Positions 62,921-64,000 of a stretch of 64,000 nt of DNA are shown here, one piece after another. The translations under genes were made by a program, and so were the position numbers. Position 1 is the first letter of the stretch. Every line of letters starts with the position of its first letter. Source of the stretch: Octopus bimaculoides (taxonomy: Eukaryota); the NCBI RefSeq assembly GCF_001194135.2, contig NC_068981.1, positions 184,164,507 to 184,228,506 of the forward strand, read 5' to 3'. The notes below the pieces were generated by a model that was not told the DNA's origin, did no database searches, and saw only the letters and a list, made by a program, of their open reading frames with translations.

Positions 62921-63594
62921 TACACACCTCCACTTAAAGACACACTCTTTTTCTCTCTGTCTTTCCTTTTCTCTGTTGAAAATCGATATATTCCCTCAAA
63001 AATACACACAAACTTACATACTGTCACTCCATCAGTTACAATGACAAGGGTTCCAGTTGATCTGATCAACGGAAGAGCCTGCTTGTGAAATTAATATGCA
63101 ATAAATTTGCCTCTCAGTGATGTATTTACATTAAGTATGACACACAGATGACTCCATATATGGTATGGTATGTCTGGAGTACCAGATCTGTGAACTGCAC
63201 TGAGTTCTTTGACTACCTATATGTCTTAGGTTTACTTGATCAGGGTTGATCTGGGGTTATGTTGCAACAAAAGTAATGTTTAAATGAGCCAACCAGGGGA
63301 CTTCTGTTTGTTTTCTTTATCTGCTAGAAATAACAAGCAAATCTCTCTCATATCACTCTTTGCTTATTAAAAAAAGGAAAGGAAACATTAAATTACATAG
63401 TTCTAAAATGCATTGTCCAAGTTCTAAGTTCAAATTCCACAGGTAAGTCACATTTGGAATACTTTTGATCATGTTTCTTTTTGATCAAGAGTGACCAAGG
63501 ATCAAACAACATCAATGTTTGAAAGCTTTAATTCTTTAGAATTGTTCTTGTCCAGCAGTTGTAATCATAAATATTCTTTCTTTTACTCAACCAG

Positions 63595-63726
63595 AGAACA
63601 GAAACAGGCAATGACTGCTGTGACAGATCTGAGAGTTTGGCACGAACAACCTCTTCCAGGTGGGATGATGGGGTTTATATTGAACCAGACATTCCGAATG
63701 AACATGAAGACAGCTTTGTTAGGAGG
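63595..63726 (+). CDS. GTF2H4: TFIIH p52 exon 3 (EQKQAMTAVTDLRVWHEQPLPGGMMGFILNQTFRMNMKTALLGG); gene continues beyond the window
   Basis: Conserved LR.WH...LPGG...ILN..FR.N...ALLGG; ccag / GTAAGT. Confidence 0.96.
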
Positions 63727-64000
63727 GTAAGTGTCTAGAATAATTAAGACAGTGATAACATTGTTTTAGCATCCACTTTTGTCAAAATTGCATGGGTTAG
63801 ATGGAATTCATTGAGACAGATTTTCTATGGCTGGATGCCCTTATTTCCAAACAATATAATATTTTCCTATGACAAGACCATTTTCACGAAAGATTGGCAA
63901 CTGTTAATATGACAATGACACTTCTTTACAAATATACAATGTCAAGACCAGGAGGTACAGACACATACACACACATTTATATATAAATACAATAGGCTTC

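Noticed and set aside
1-64000. CRISPR arrays, operons or prokaryotic systems
   Set aside because: No regularly spaced repeat-spacer arrays; the sequence is spliceosomal-intron eukaryotic DNA.

Overview
Eukaryotic, AT-rich, repeat-dense genomic window with several N gaps. The SINE and microsatellite repertoire resembles octopus/coleoid cephalopod DNA (inference). Two intron-containing genes can be reconstructed by hand. (1) A complete mitochondrial valyl-tRNA synthetase (VARS2) on the minus strand: 26 coding exons, 60063 (or 60093) down to 26756, about 1058 aa. All introns are GT-AG with consistent phases, HLGH and KMSKS motifs are present, and exon 1 encodes a presequence-like peptide. (2) The first three coding exons of TFIIH p52 (GTF2H4) on the plus strand from 60366, head-to-head with VARS2 and only 272-302 bp between start codons. 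No gene could be supported in 1-26.7 kb apart from a weak 5'-end candidate near 9.5-9.7 kb. The rest is SINEs (several with clear TSDs), decayed LINE pieces (RTE, CR1, R4/Dong-like), Tc1/mariner relics, MITEs and microsatellites. The most notable non-gene signal is a set of hammerhead-ribozyme-like motifs. Four lie in the first 1.4 kb in Penelope-like context, and one near-perfect copy lies antisense inside a VARS2 intron.
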